Source of the DNA: Myxococcota bacterium
GTDB taxonomy: Bacteria > Myxococcota_A > Polyangia > HGW-17
DNA: 64,000 nucleotides
Assembly (NCBI GenBank): GCA_018821305.1
Contig: JAHJMN010000046.1
Span: forward strand, 15,894-79,893
Direction: 5' to 3'
Shown: positions 63,213 through 64,000 of the stretch, one piece after another
Layout of the letters: the number at the start of each line of letters is the position of its first letter
Numbering within the stretch: position 1 is the stretch's first letter
Position numbers and translations under genes: made by a program
The notes under the pieces: model-generated
Seen by the model: the letters and a program-made list of their open reading frames with translations, nothing else
Databases searched by the model: none
What the model was told of the DNA's origin: nothing

Positions 63213-64000
63213 AGGTGAAATAATGTTCGGTTCCGGCAGAAGATCCATGTGGGTCGTTTCCATGATTGCTCTGGGAGTAATTCCCGTTGTTCTGTTTCTT
63301 GTATTTTTTGTCCTTGATTATTTCTTTTTCGGTACAAAGGGGCAGATCGGTTTTCTTGAGATCTTTTACCGAATGAGTGTGGAAGATTCACGGCAGATAC
63401 TGGGGGGAATGGGCGAAGTAATTGCCGCGATACTTGGAATCGTTATCACAGTTGCTTCAATTATCGTTCAGTTGGCCGCGACCCGATATACTCCTAGAAT
63501 CTCCGAAATGTTTTTCAAAGACAGGACAAACCTCTCTGTCCTTGCATTCTTCGTTGTTTCCGCTGTTTACTGCATTTTAGTGAATTTTGTTATTCGAGGT
63601 GACGGCGCAAAAATGACATTTATTCCTGTGGCCGGGAGTATTCTAAATGTTCTGCTTTTAACTATCAGTTTGCTCCTCATTGCTCCTTATTTTCTCTACA
63701 TCTTCCACTTTCTCGAACCAGGAAACATCGTTAAAGGTATTGAAAGACAAGCATTTACAAAAATTTCCAATCTGAACGATACTTCCGATATCGACTCAAT
63801 TCAGATGCAGGTAACGGGGGCCGTTGAGCAACTTGCAGATATTGCAATGAATGCCATCGAACAGAAAGATAAGGGTTTGTCCACGGGTTCCATTGATGCA
63901 ATGCGCGATCTTCTAAAAGATTACATTGAGCTCAAAAACAAAATGGATCCCAAATGGTTTGTTCTCGGCTCTTCCCTGCATTCCAATCCGGATTTCGTAT
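63213..64000 (+). CDS. DUF2254-like membrane protein (3' end outside window)
   Basis: This ORF is absent from the track because it runs off the window end. My own translation from the ATG at 63213 gives MFGSGRRSMWVVSMIALGVIPVVLFL...IVQLAATRYTPRISEMFFKDRTN.... It has several TM helices and the '(Q)LA(S/T)..Y(S/T)PR' motif I associate with DUF2254. Confidence 0.6.

Noticed and set aside
1-64000. Prophage, ICE or IS element explaining the accessory content
   Set aside because: I recognised no integrase, transposase, recombinase, terminase, capsid or conjugation gene in any of the listed ORFs. The mobile-looking sequences are all short and non-coding.

Overview
This is a roughly 40% GC bacterial chromosomal segment (GC judged by eye). 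Gene content points to a Myxococcota/Bdellovibrionota-like 'delta-proteobacterial' lineage: Myxococcus-type cysteine-rich CGD..ECD repeats, RCC1 propellers, many FHA proteins and many lipoproteins. All calls come from motif recognition in the supplied ORF translations and from reading the DNA; no searches were run.

I saw no tRNA, rRNA, CRISPR array, transposase or integrase.

Main blocks:
1. A methyl-accepting chemotaxis protein (MCP) gene, followed by a repeat-filled spacer.
2. An 11 kb minus-strand type I restriction-modification (R-M) island at 5667-16821, ordered half-hsdS, hsdM, dinD-like, hsdS, a 616-aa ORF carrying an R-N-x3-H (HEPN-like) motif, a four-helix-bundle protein, hsdR and an M48/YgjP peptidase. 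The 616-aa ORF sits where prrC sits in the EcoprrI locus, and I rate it the best candidate for an undescribed R-M-linked effector.
3. A tight six-gene cluster at 21685-27090 encoding two zinc-ribbon/double-FHA paralogs, a TetR regulator, two exported unknown proteins and an AI-2E permease.
4. An ftsH-folP-cdaA-cdaR-nhaC operon.
5. Scattered chemotaxis parts (cheB and a fliM-like gene), ettA, and panB/panC.
6. A GC-elevated island of secreted proteins at 51925-55744.

The intergenic space is unusually rich in modular structured repeats. These include a 41-bp tandem array, TGTCCTG/CAGGACA-based elements, a ~100-nt long-stem element with compensatory arm changes, an 18-mer CGCTCACTWCGTTTCGCT family and CAGG-rich tracts. 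Some of them split otherwise conserved operons.
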